From Octopus vulgaris (Eukaryota), in contig OX597815.1 of NCBI GenBank assembly GCA_951406725.2, forward strand, positions 212,474,001-212,538,000: a stretch of 64,000 bases of DNA, given 5' to 3'. The notes below the pieces were generated by a model. It did no database searches, had not been told where the DNA came from, and saw nothing but the letters and a program-made list of their open reading frames with translations. Below, piece after piece: positions 37,940-50,395 of the stretch. How positions within the stretch are numbered: position 1 is the first letter of the stretch; the number at the start of each line of letters is the position of its first letter. A program made the translations under genes and the position numbers.

Positions 37940-38332
37940 TTATTTCTTTACTGCCCACAAGGGGCTAAACACAGAGGGGACAAACAAAGGGATTAAGTCG
38001 ATTGCATCGGCCCCAGTGCATAACTGGTACTTATTTTATCGACCCTGAAAGGATGAAAGGTAAAGTTGACCACAGCAAAATTTAAACTCAGAACGTAACA
38101 ACAGATGAGATACCTATTTCTTTACTACCCACAAGGGGCCAAACACAGAAAGGACAAACAAGAACAGACAAACGGATTTAAATCGATTATATTGACCCCA
38201 GTGCGTAACTGGTACTTATTTAATCGACCTCGAAAGGACGAAAGGCAAAGTCGACCTCGGCAGAATTTGAACTCAGAACGTAACGGCAGACGAAATACCG
38301 CTAAGCATTTCGCCTGGTGTGCTAACGATTCT
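37940..38332 (-). mobile_element. Tandem dimer of second SINE family with Tx1-like tail
   Basis: Two units, each ending ...GCCCCTTGTGGGYAGTAAAGAAATA; flanked by the direct repeat CAGATGTT. Confidence 0.8.
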
Positions 38333-38971
38333 CAGATGTTGGCAATACTCAAACACTGAGAATGACTTCAAACAGAACAGTTTCAGGAAAATGCAATCTT
38401 ATTCACTCTAATTTAAGTGACACATAATTAAGGTTGATTGGTGCATAGGGTCAACTAAAGTTAAGCATTCTAATTTTTAATTCACATATAATTTTGTATT
38501 CGATAAAATGTAGATGAAAGCTATTCAGCTTTGGCCAGGTTCCAAACTAGATAACTGTTGTATATCAGCTTCAACAATCAACAACTTTTACTGTTGAAGT
38601 GTGAAAAATACACAAGAGAAAGAGATAGTACAATATCTATTTTAGCAGCCCAGTAGCTACACATCTTCCACAACTCCAGTTTAATTACTGGACATACTAA
38701 GAAATACATTTTCTTCAAAGGGTCTACATTCTTTTCTCAATTCCAAACAAATTTCTTTCACCTTCATGTTCCTTGTACATATAGCTTACAAGTTCAAACA
38801 AGTATAAAATTAACAACACAAGATTCAGTTTTTTATATGATATATGAAACTTTTAATAACTTTAATAAATTTGACTAATAAAATTGGATGATTTGTAGAC
38901 TTTCCCATGTCTCAGGCAACAAAATAAAAACAGGTAAGAACTATCCCACAATCTTACTTCAATATTACTAA

Positions 38972-39184
38972 TTAACCCTTCAGCATTTAAACCAGCCATA
39001 CCTGGTCCAAATATTCTACCTGTTTTTATGCTCAAACCATCCAAATCTAGCCTTTCACACCTACTCTACCCTGGGTTCAGTCCCACTGTGTGGCACCTTG
39101 GACAAGTGTCTTCTACTATAGCCTCAGGCCAACCAAAGCCTTGTGAGTGGATTTGGTAGACGGAAACTGAAAGAAGACTGTCGC

Positions 39185-39236
<52 letters not shown>

Positions 39237-39554
39237 TTGTGTGTCTGTGTTTCTCCCCTCAGCATTGCTTGACAACCAATGCTGGTGTGTTTACGTCCCA
39301 GTAACTTAGAGGTTCAGCAAAGAGGCCAAAGAGTAAGTACTAGGCTTACAAAGAATAAGTCCTGGGATCGATTTGATCAACTAAAGGCAGTGCTCCAGCA
39401 TGGCCGCAGTCAAATGACCGAAACAAGTAAAAGAATAAAAGAGTAATCACATCATAGAAATCTCAAAGCTAAGAGATAATGCAGGATTAATTCAAAATAA
39501 TGTGAATAAATAATTTCTGCATTTGACAGAATAATCTGAATGCTAAAAAGTTAA
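38972..39554. mobile_element. piggyBac-like MITE with nested OR2-like SINE (39070-39444)
   Basis: TTAA at both ends; the MITE sequence resumes after the SINE tail. Confidence 0.72.
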
Positions 39555-40315
39555 TACAATACTTTTTACACTATTTCAGTTTATTAACAGGAATTTTTGG
39601 GGGTGGAGAGAAGGACAGAAGATATATGGTGTAGGATTGAGAGGATCCTTCAGGCTTGCCAAAGGTGTAAAATCCTCCCTGCAATTGGTGCTATAGAAAA
39701 ATTCACCCATTACACTCTGTAAAGTGGCTAGTATTGAGAAAAGCATCTCGCAATAGAAACCAAGCCCAAATGAATCTTAAGAGTCAGGTGTGATCCCTTA
39801 ACTCATGCAGGTGAGCAGCAATGACTTATCTAACACTGACAGCATGGAAAGTGAACATAAGATGATGATGATGATGGCAGTGTTATTTATTTATTATTCT
39901 TTTACTAGCTTCAGTCACTAGACAGCAGCCATGTCTAGGTATGAACTTAAAAAGGTTTTAGTGACCATATCAACCCCAGTACATATCTCAGCCTGGTACT
40001 TACTTTATGGATATAATTTTATCAACTGGCAAAGTTAGCATCTTGAACCAGTTTTTTAACCAGGGATTCTGTCTCAAACAAAAACGTGGACAGGAACAAA
40101 GGCGCATGCACATGCATGTGTACACATGACAGGCTTCTGCATAGTTTCTGTCTCCTGAATTTCACTCACAATTATATTTTGATCTACCTGAGGCAATAGA
40201 AGACACTTGTCCAAGGTGCTGCACAGTGAAACTGAACTGAAAACCTTTTGGTAATGAGACCAACTTCCTGAAGGCACAACCATATCAGTATCTATACAGA
40301 GACCCAATTAATATT

Positions 40316-40527
40316 GGTTCCAAATTTTGGCATAAGGCCAGCACTTTTCGGGGAGGGGTAAGTCAATTACATCGACCCCAGTGTTCAACTGGTACTTATT
40401 TTATTGACCCAAAAGGATGACAGGCAAAGTCAACCTTGGTGGAACTTAAGATCACAATGTAAAGTGGGATGAAATGCTGCTAAGCATTTTGCCCAACATG
40501 CTAACCATTCTGCAAGCTTACTGCCTT
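40316..40527 (-). mobile_element. Second-family SINE with 18-bp target-site duplication
   Basis: AGAGACCCAATTA(A/G)TATT at 40298-40315 and 40528-40545. Confidence 0.88.
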
Positions 40528-40876
40528 AGAGACCCAATTAGTATTCATTTCTTACAGATAAAGGCCTGAGATAATGCATGCTTTTCTCAATGGCATTAAA
40601 ACATAAGTGATTTGTGTTGAGTTCATTTGGTTTGCAAGAGGCTTTCTTCTCATTCTTTACAATCAATCTTATCTAAAATGACAGTTTATTTCTTCCAGCT
40701 GAAATAAAAATCCTTAAGCCATTAACAAACCAATGTTTTCAGCTTTTCTCTTCCATCTTTACTATGCAAACCATTGGTTTATTCAACTTACTGCATCCAA
40801 TTTCCAAACTCTCTCTAGATATATCTTATGTCTATTTCTTAAAGTCCTACATCAAAATGCAAAAGCAATTTTTTAA

Positions 40877-40917
40877 TAGGCCGACGAAGGACAATCATCC
40901 TGAAACACATGTCCCTA
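40877..40917 (+). ncRNA. Minimal type I hammerhead-like motif (Penelope-type), core variant CCGACGA
   Basis: TAGG-CCGACGA-AGGA caatca TCCT-GAA-AC acat GT-C-CCTA: stems I, II and III and a GUC cleavage triplet are all in register. Confidence 0.55.
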
Positions 40918-42596
40918 GATGCAGCCCGGGTGGCTGGGGATATTTGTCTCCCCTTCGTAAATGTATATAAGGACACAGGAAAAATGTGTCAAAGCCATCA
41001 GGAGGTGTCGATGCTTCCTAGGGCTAAACAGCAGTGGTGTACCCCCCTACTGTCACGTTTGTGTTAGATTGACAGTATACAACCATTCAATCGCCCCACC
41101 ACCGTACATGTCTCTACGAGAGATTTAGAAATTTAGAATTTTTAATTTCTTAATAGCTTCACTCCAAACTGTGATGATGGACGATGCAATTAATTGCCAT
41201 CCATTTACCAAACTTCAAATACGCTGTTCCATCACCAACCTTAACCAAAACACCCTAATCCTCTTCTATAAAAATACCACCAGAATTTATAAGGATTGGT
41301 CTTTTTGGGAACCAAATATGACCTCTGCATTGACTATTTGTGTTGGAGACTTCAAAACGAAGTCTTCGTAACAAATATCATTATGGACCCATGTTGGCCA
41401 GGTACTTCATCACTGACCCTAGCCTTTTCTTTTATATTTTTATTTTACTTGCTGGACATAGGAACAGCCCTAAGTATATTCTTATGATCTTCAGTTCATG
41501 ACCACAAGGCTTCAGGGTGGGTCCCACTGCATGGCATCTTAAGCAACTGGACCCACAATTCCATTAATAGTTGTAAGTATCTCTAAAAAAAATTGAAATG
41601 GAATTGTGGGTCCAATTGCTTAAGATGCCATGTGTGTGTATGTGTGTGTGTCTGAGTTAGTGTGTTTGTGTGTGGATACTCATGCTAGTGTGTGTGTATG
41701 TGTGTGTAAAATATTGTGTAATGGGATGTTATGCGATGGAATGTTGTGTGAAATGTCTTTATAATAACTATTTGTACAAAAAATGTGCATGAAGCCAATT
41801 AACCTTTGTCGGTGCAGACCATTAGAGAAAGCTTTGTAAATGCATAATATGGAAACAAGAAAAAGCTAGCAAGAAGGATGGATCTTATAATGATATCTGT
41901 CATGTTTAATGGCGAATTAACAGCTTATAAAAGAAAACAAAATGAAATAATGTGATTAGGAGGAAGAACAGCTGCTATGTCAGGTCAATGTTGCTGTAAT
42001 TATAACTGCAAGGTCAAGAGTTCAGCCTTAACCATAGCCTTTCTGTTTATGCAGGCTGAGCAAGGCAGATAACTCTTCATTCTTCTTTTTGCTTCAGTGA
42101 ACTGAAGAGAGTTCTACTGTATAAGGAGAATGGTTGGGAAATTAGGTGAGCAACCACCAGGAAAAATAATTGCTCTACAACCATAATAATAATAATTATT
42201 ATTATTATTATTATTATTTCAAATTTTTGCCACAAGAGCAGCTTGGGAGAGGTGGGGGATGAGTCAAATACATCAACACCAATATTCAACTGGTACTTAT
42301 TTTATCAACCCTCAAAAGATGAAAGGTGAAGTCGACCTCAGCGGAATTTGAATAACAATAACAACAACAACAATAATAATAATAATCCTTTGTACTATAG
42401 GCACAAAGCCTGAAATTTATGGGAAGCGGGAGAGTTGATTACATCAACACCCAGTACTTGACTGGTATTTTGTTTTATCAACCCTGAAAGGATGAAAGGC
42501 AAAGTTGACCCTGGTAGAATTTGAACTCAAAACATGTAGACAAAGTGCTGCTAAGCATTTCACCTGGCATGCTAACACTTCTGCCAGCTCTCTGTC

Positions 42597-42597
<1 letters not shown>

Positions 42598-42637
<40 letters not shown>

Positions 42638-42756
42638 TAAATAATAATAATAATAAATAATAATAATAATAAATAATAATAATAATAATAATAAATAATA
42701 ATAATAAATAATAAATAATAATAAATAATAAATAATAATAATAAATAATAATAATA

Positions 42757-42795
<39 letters not shown>

Positions 42796-42887
42796 TAAAT
42801 AATAATAATAATAAATAATAATAATAATAAATAATAATAATAATAATAAATAATAATAAATAATAATAATAATAAATAATAATAATA

Positions 42888-42926
<39 letters not shown>

Positions 42927-42932
42927 TAATAA

Positions 42933-42966
<34 letters not shown>
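42598..42966. repeat. (AAT)n/(AAAT) microsatellite, ~370 bp
   Basis: Directly visible, between SINE copies. Confidence 0.97.
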
Positions 42967-42967
<1 letters not shown>

Positions 42968-43439
42968 TTTGGCACAGGGCCAGTAATTTCAAGGGATGGG
43001 GTAAGTTGATTACATCAATCCCAATCCTCAATTGGATCTTCATTTATCAACCCTGAACAATAAAACACAAAGTCAACTTTGGCAAAATTTGAACTCAGAA
43101 TATCAGGACAGAGAAAATGCCACTAAGTATTTTGCCTGGTGTGCTAATGATTCTGCCAGCTGGCCACCTTAATAATAATAATGATATTGGCTTCAAATTT
43201 TGGAATAAGGCCAGCAGTTTTGTAGGAAAGGGTAAAGTGATTAAATTGATGCCAATGCTTAACTAGTGATTATTTTATCAACCCTAAAAGGATGACAGAC
43301 AAAGCCGGACTTGAAGGAATTTGAACTCAGAACATAAAGACAGATGAAGTGCTGCTAAGCATTTTGCACAGCATGCAGACAATCCTGCCAGCTCACCAAA
43401 ATGATGATGATGATGGGGTGGGGTGGGGGGTAGATGAGT

Positions 43440-44950
43440 TGAAGGAAGGAATGAGCAAAGAAGAAGGAAAATAATTACCAGCATTAAAAAGTGTTAATAA
43501 AAGGAAATTGCTAGATATTACTAAGAAAGTAGATTCTGTTATCAGGAGGATAGATACTAAAAATATAAGTGACACTTATTGATTTATGGAAGAGGGGTAG
43601 TAGTTATTAGTAGATTAGGTATTCTTCAAGGAAACAATAAGAAGGAGCAGATGTGGAAAAGGGGATTAGAAAATAAAAGAAGGGTTTAAAAGAAAATCTG
43701 AATAGAATAGAAGCCAGGAAACAGGACAAGTTAGGAAACACAAGATTTAAATCTCCTCTTGAGAATAGATGCTTAGTCAAATCGAAAGGATTTTTGAGAT
43801 AGTCATGACAGGGCTGAAACAGAGTACCATAGCAATAGCAGGTAAGCTTTCCAGATATCAGAAAAGAGTAAATCAGTATCAACAGAACAGATTGTTTGAG
43901 ACAAACCAGAGGAGACTTTATCACTAAATAAATAGTTGAGAAGAAACTACAAAAGATGAGAAACCTAATGCAGAATAAACTAGAAAATTCTGGAGTGATA
44001 TTTCGGATCAGCTAATTAATCATACTGGAGGTGCAGCATAATTAAAGAAAGTGGAGTAAGAAGTAGTTAGTGAGAAGCTAAAAGTAGTTAGGGCATTACT
44101 GAGTAAAGTGTTAGGATGAATGCTGAATTGGAAGGGACCAGATTTAGTTGAAGGGTACTTGTTAAAGAAATTTAGTAGCTGACATGGGAGACTGAGGGAA
44201 CAACTTCAGGATTGCTTGAGTAGAGGATTCATACCTAATTGGATGACTTGAGGGAGAACATACACTTTATGAAAGACAAGCAAGGAACAACTGGATAAAA
44301 AGCCAAGATAGACGAAAATGAGGTAGATTCCCAATGTCGGTTATGTAAATCAAAGGAAGAAAGTGTTACTCATATAGTTATGCTAACACAGAAAGAATAC
44401 AAGAAGAAGACGACAACCAAGGGAGAATAATCCACAAGGAGTTATGTAGAAAGCTAGGATTTGACCACACGGATAAATGGTATGAGCATAAATCTGGGAA
44501 AGTGCTACAAAGTAAGAACTGTAAGATTTTGAGGGATTTTAATATTCAGACTGACAGAGTAGTAGAAGCTAGAAGGTCTGATTTAGTAGACAATGACAAT
44601 AAGTGCCAGGTAATTGACTTTACAGTCTCAAATGCTGAGAAAGTCAATATGAGAAGTATAGAGAAAGTAGCAAAGTTGCAGGACCTAGCCATTGAGTTAC
44701 AGTGGCTATGGACAGTGCAGGTAAAATGTACCAGTGTAGTTACAGGTACATTAGGTACTATCCCTAAAGATTTGAACAGATGGATGAAGGAAATGGGCAT
44801 AAAATCTAGTTTAGTGCAGCTCCAAGAAACAGTATTATTAGGGACAGTTAAGATACTTAGAAAGGTTCTTGGTATCTCAGGTTACTTTGTAGTAGCCCAA
44901 TGTTAGGAATTTTTCCAACAGTCTGATCTGTTGTGCATGAATGAAAGAAT
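43440..44950 (+). mobile_element. Degenerate R4/Dong-clade LINE with RT largely deleted
   Basis: WKGPDLVEGY..KKF, IPNWMT, a CRLCKSKEESVTHI zinc knuckle, KWYEHK, ILRDFNIQTDRVVEARRSDL and LQETVLLGTVKILRKVL. Confidence 0.85.
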
Positions 44951-44964
44951 GATAATTATGATAA

Positions 44965-45720
44965 TTCTTGGGGAGGGGGCACAAGGGCCAAAGACATGGA
45001 AAACATTATCAGAGGATGAGATACAACACACAAAAAACAGGTGGGATTTACATCGATCAAAGGGAGATACTACTATATTAAAGGATGTAACAAAGGATAT
45101 TTAAATAGAAGCTAGAGAAATAATTAGTAAATAAATAGAATCCCTAAGAGTGGGGCAGTCCATTTCAGATAATATGGAGTAAACCCCATGCAAAAGACCT
45201 GAATTACTTTGCAATCCACAAGGCTTGGGAAGTGCCCTCTTCCAGTTTCTTTTCTCCAGCTTAGAAAAGCATACACACAGTAGGTCCATTCAGTCTCACC
45301 AGTCTTGTCCCGTTTTGATAAACACACTAGAAGGAAGCGCCTCCCCCCTCTCTACCCTAACCATCCTTTTCAAATGATATTTGAAGATATTGATGAGAGC
45401 TTGACCAGATAAAAAAGTGCCTATTTTCAAGCCTTTCAAAGAAGTCCACCACACAACCTCTTTTGCCAGAGCCACTAAACAAAGAAGGATCTGCCTTTTA
45501 CCCATGCTAAAGGAAGGTGATACATTGATCTTTACTATACACTTGGTGGACAGCTGGATTCGTTTTACACGAGACAGCAACTACTCAACACAAGCCCACA
45601 ACTCTCTAATGCACAGATACTGAACAATTGCATGCAGGACGGTTTCGTCTCCTTGCATGCACCTTGGGCACATTCAGCTGTTGGCACTTCCATGCTTGAA
45701 AAGCTCAAAGGAGGAGACTA
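44965..45720 (-). mobile_element. Tx1/L1-clade LINE 3' fragment (diverged relative of 6135-7660)
   Basis: LCLVALAKEVVWW...FLSGQALINIFKYHLKR and CPRCMQGDETVLHAIVQ. Confidence 0.82.
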
Positions 45721-45955
45721 GAAATTTTTTTTTTTTTTTGAGAGCAAGGGAGTTAATTGATTACATCAACTCCAATACTCAACTGGTACTCATTTTATCA
45801 AACCCAAAAGGATGAAAGACAAAGTTGGCCTTGGAGGAATTTGAACACAAAATGTAAAGGTCCAGAAGGAATGCCACATAACGTCTTGTCCAAAATGCTA
45901 AAATACAAACAAAATGCAAGGTGCCAAATACACAGAAAAATAGGAAATAGGTTAC

Positions 45956-46231
45956 CTTCAGGTTTGCTGTGGTCAGAAGGCCAACCTTCTGTAGAGGCTG
46001 TGTATTCAAGTGCTTTCCTTAATCTAACATCCAACGTAGAAAGGTCTTCATTTCCTACAGCTAATTTAGAGCTTTCTTCGTCTGCTTTAGATTCCAGTAA
46101 TTGCTGAGCCAGATGATGGGCTGAATCATAGCAATATTCGAATTGTCCATTTGCCACACGTTGGTAACAAACCTCCTCTTTTTCATATCTATAGAAGAAG
46201 TCAAGGTCTACAAACTCTTTCAAGTTGTGAT
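45956..46231 (-). CDS. ARHGEF28: Coding exon of ARHGEF28/AKAP13-like RhoGEF
   Basis: Acceptor TTGTTGCAG|AT and donor G|GTAAC; 276 nt, phase 1 to 1, in frame with the previous exon. Encodes DHNLKEFVDL...YDSAHHLAQQLL...LSTLDVRLRKALEYTASTEGW...KPE; compare recalled HGLQETV / MACRLARLL / LPALDEELVLAL...W. Confidence 0.88.
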
Positions 46232-46644
46232 CTGCAACAAAACAATACAAAAATTTGTAATAAAATATACATACATACATACATACATACATACACTCAT
46301 ATATATGTTCAAAGACTGTTCGCAGTATTCAGTTACTTTATATCAAAAGAATTCTTCGTTATAATCTTAGTTCCTTAAGGAGATGCATAGAATGCTACAA
46401 TTACCAAAATGTATTGTCATAGAAATAAGCAAAACAGTAAATGAAAAACAAGGTACCTTTTGAAAAGTCACCTGAGTGATGCATCTGCACCTATGAGGTA
46501 CCACACTTGTTTGTGCAGCATCTCATCTACAAGGTGCCAGTGCATGATGGGCCAAAAGGATCATAGTGAATAAAGAATCTCGTGAATTCCACTTCCTCTC
46601 ACTCATATTATATATATATATATATATAATATATATAATATATA

Positions 46645-47865
46645 CAAGCTGTAACTGGTGTAAGCTATGGACACATAAAAGGTGCAGCAATATCAAAGGA
46701 AGGTTAACTAGGAATATAGTTTTTGTGTGTGGCAGATGCACAGGGCAATAAACACTGAAGATGTGTGGAAAACAGATTCCATCACATGCCAGGGGGAAAC
46801 AGTAGTAACTGACAGCTTCCATTACCTAGGTGACCAAGTCAATAGTGGGGATGGATGCTCTGAGAGCATAGCAGCTTAAATAAGAATAGCCTGGGCAAAG
46901 TTCAGAAGGCCCCTACTTCTGCTAGTAACAAAGGCCTCTCAAAGGTAGACTGTATGATGCATGTGCATGAACAGCCATGCTACACGGCAGTGAAACATGG
47001 GCTGCCTGCCAAGGACATGCATAGGCTTGAAAGAAATGAAGCTAGTGTGCTCTGCTGGATGTGTAATGTCAATGTGCATACATGACAGAGTGTAAACGTC
47101 CTGAGAGAAAAGTTGGACATAAGATGCATCAGATGTGGTGTGCAAGAGAGACAACTGCGCTGGTATGGTCATGTGATGTGTATGGATGAGGACAGCTGTG
47201 TGAAAAATGTCACACCCTAACATTGGAGGGAGCCAGTGGAAGAGATAGACCCAAGAACACAAGGGATGAGAGAGTGAAGAACAACTTTCAAACGTTGGGC
47301 CTCACAGAGGCAATGACAAGCGACCGAGACCTTTGAAGATATGCTGTGCTTGAGAAGATCTGGCAAGCCAAGTGAGATTGTAGCCATGGCCGATGCCAGT
47401 GTCACATAATTGGTCCATTTAAAAGTACCCTTCAGTCGCCGGGCAATATGCTGTGCTTGAGAAGACTTGTTGAGTCAAATGAAATGGTAGTCAAGGCTGA
47501 TGCCAGTGCCACCTGACTGGCACGTAAAAAGCAACATTCAAGCATGGCTGATGCCAATGTTGGTGGCACATAAAAAAAAAACCCATTTAAGAGTGGTCGA
47601 TGCCAGTGCCATCTGACTGGCTCCCATGCTGGTAGCCCGTAAAAAGCACCATTTGAGCGTGATTGATGCCAGTTCCACCTGACTGGCACGTAAAAAGCAC
47701 CAACTACACTCTCTGAGTGGTTGGCGTTAGGAAGGGCATCCAGCTGTAGAAACCTTGCCAGATCAGACTGGGGCCTGGTGCAGCCTCCTGGCTTGCCAGT
47801 CCTCTTTCAAACCATCCAACCGATGCCAGCATGGAAAGTGGACATTCAATGATGATGATGATGAT
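46645..47865 (+). mobile_element. RTE LINE 3' part (PHD-like finger, C-terminus, repetitive 3'UTR, GAT tail)
   Basis: CNWCKLWTHKRCSNIKGRL...VCGRC, HGSETWA and LRWYGHVM, continuous with a 3'UTR ending in (GAT)n. Confidence 0.9.
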
Positions 47866-49049
47866 TGCTTTCTTGGAGATTTTTCTTTTTAAATGTCCAC
47901 TTCTTCATGCTCACATGAGACAAATGGAATTTGTTAAGACAAATTTTCTATGGTCAGATGTCCTTCCTGTCAACAACCCTCTCCCATACCCGTATTTATA
48001 TTGGGACGTGGAGATTGTGCACTTGTATACCATGTTTTTTTTTTTGCACACATTGGACCATGAGCAGACAAGCAGACTTTCTACGGCGTCCTTGTATTTG
48101 TCCCACCAACACTGTAGCTTGATAACCAGTGTTGGTCTGCTTATGTCCCTGTAACTTAGCAATTCTGCAAAGAGACTGGTAGGCTAAGTACTAGATAATT
48201 AAAAAAAAAAAAGAAGCATCGGGTTCAATTTGTTCGACTGAAAAACTTCAAGATGATGTCTCAGCATGGCCACCACAGTCCAATGACTGAAGTAAAATAT
48301 AAATCCTATATAAATCCAGAAATTGAAATACAAACCTAATTTAATATCAGAAAATAAATACATCCACAATAAAGTTTTGAAAGCATGGATGATTTGGCAA
48401 GATATAAAGTGTTGAGAAGATATATTCAAAAGAAACGAACGAAAAAGAACAAACATACTGAATCCTAAAGTATTTCGAATAATAGAAGAAAAACACCAAA
48501 ACAGGTTACAGTAATACTAAGGGAAATAACTCTATATATTACTAAACTAGCCTTGTTTCTTTCCCTTTAATGCTTTACCGTTGAAAAAGCAAAAGTAGCT
48601 GAATTGTTAAGTCCATTGAGTAAACAGAGTCTACGAAATGAGTAAAAGGCGCTTCAGACATTCTAGAGGGCAATTTCTGGCCTCGATGATTCTCAAAAAT
48701 GTTTTCTATTTCTTTGTATAAATGTTCTGTGGATCACACGCCTTACAAGTGGCCGAAAACTTCACAACTTCTGGAAGGGGTTACACTATTATTCACAGTT
48801 ATGTGAAGGTGCATGGCTCAGTGAGGGGCTAGGGTATTCGGTTCACGATCGTAATGGTCTCCATTCCACTCAGCTGGCAAAAATGAGTTGTGTCTGTAAT
48901 TCAACAGACCAGCCTTGTCGCGCTCTGTGGAGCGCTCAGCCACTTGCACCTTATTTCACGAGCAGCAGCCTGTTCCGTTGATCAGTCAACTGAAACACTC
49001 GTCGTCGAAACCGACGGAGTGTCAGTTTTATATTCACTGTATAAGCAAA

Positions 49050-49525
49050 CTGCTTTATACACATCTTACTTCCCTGGGCATGGACGCATTGAAACTCCGA
49101 CGTCTGGCAGCTGACTTGGCAGACACCCATGAAATTATCAACCATCTTACTAACAATAACTCGGAACACCTTTTCAAACTCCACCCATCTAACACCCGTG
49201 GACATGTTTACAAAGTCAGAAAACAGCACAGCTCCTTCCATGACTTTCGGAAACATTTTTTCACGCTAAGAGTTGCTGAAGCATGGAACAAACTACCGGC
49301 ATCAGTTGTTAGTTGTCGGAGCACTGCATCCTTCAAAACTTCCATGCTTCCTGAGATTCGCCAACACTACACCTGATTTTCTCCCCTCCATACACACAAG
49401 CAAGCATGTATCTGACTCATACACTGTTCACTTTCAAGACATTTGTACATTACTGCATGTGCTTTATACGCACTTTTGACAAGTTGTGGTGCACCTGAGC
49501 ACTGTATACAATAAGTTCATTATTT
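49050..49525 (+). mobile_element. CR1-group LINE 3' fragment (different family)
   Basis: LKLRRLAADL...NTRGHVYKV...FRKHFFTLRVAEAWNKLP...FK. Confidence 0.85.
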
Positions 49526-50008
49526 TTTAAAATTTCCTATTTAAAGTCAAAAATGTTTCAACATCATCATAATCATTCAACATTTGTTTTCTACGCTGGC
49601 ATAGCTTAGACGGTTTCAGTGGGACTGGCAAGCTGGAGAGCTGCACCAAGCTCCAGTCTTTTTGTTTTGGCTTGATTTCTACGGCTGGATGCCCATCTTC
49701 ATATCAACCATTGCACAGAGTGTACTGGGTGTTTTTTTAAGTGTCACTGGCACAGCCAATGACCACGATTCGCTTAGTGTGACATATCTTCTCAAGCACA
49801 GCAAATTGCCAAACGCCTCAGTCACGTGTCATTGCCTCCGTGAGGCTCAAACAACTAAACATCATATTTCACCACATCATCCTACGTCTTCCTGGATCAA
49901 CCCCCATCACAGGTTCCCTTGAGAATTAGAGTTCAGCACTTCTTTATGTACCTGTCCTGATCCATATGCAATCCTGAAAAGTGATAGACTCTTCAGAAGA
50001 CAGAGTAA

Positions 50009-50395
50009 TCTCAATATATAAAAAGCTGAAGTTGTCTGTGTGACAGGTTTGGTAGCCTTCAACTGACACTATCTCCTCTGAGACCCTGCAGCACAAGTTG
50101 ACCAAAATTGAAAGTATGTTAGAAGGCTTGCTCTTCCTTCCGTAGAAGAAAAAATTCAAATTGGACCATGTTAACACCAAAAATTATTTACATCAAAAAG
50201 GTGGTTTTTTTTCTATGAAAATCCCGATTTTTTACGATTTTTTTACTGCTGTGTTGCCATTTTTCAGTGTATTTCAACCAGAAAATGTTCACTTAAAGAG
50301 AATAACAAGCTACATGATGCAAAATTTTTACTTTTCAAAAATTCCAATTCTAAAGGGTCGAAACAAACCCGAGCAACGCCGGGCGATACTACTAG
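50009..50395 (+). mobile_element. Non-autonomous Helitron
   Basis: A|TC 5' end, subterminal hairpin CCCGAGCAACGCCGGG, CTAG|T 3' end, no TSD. Confidence 0.8.
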
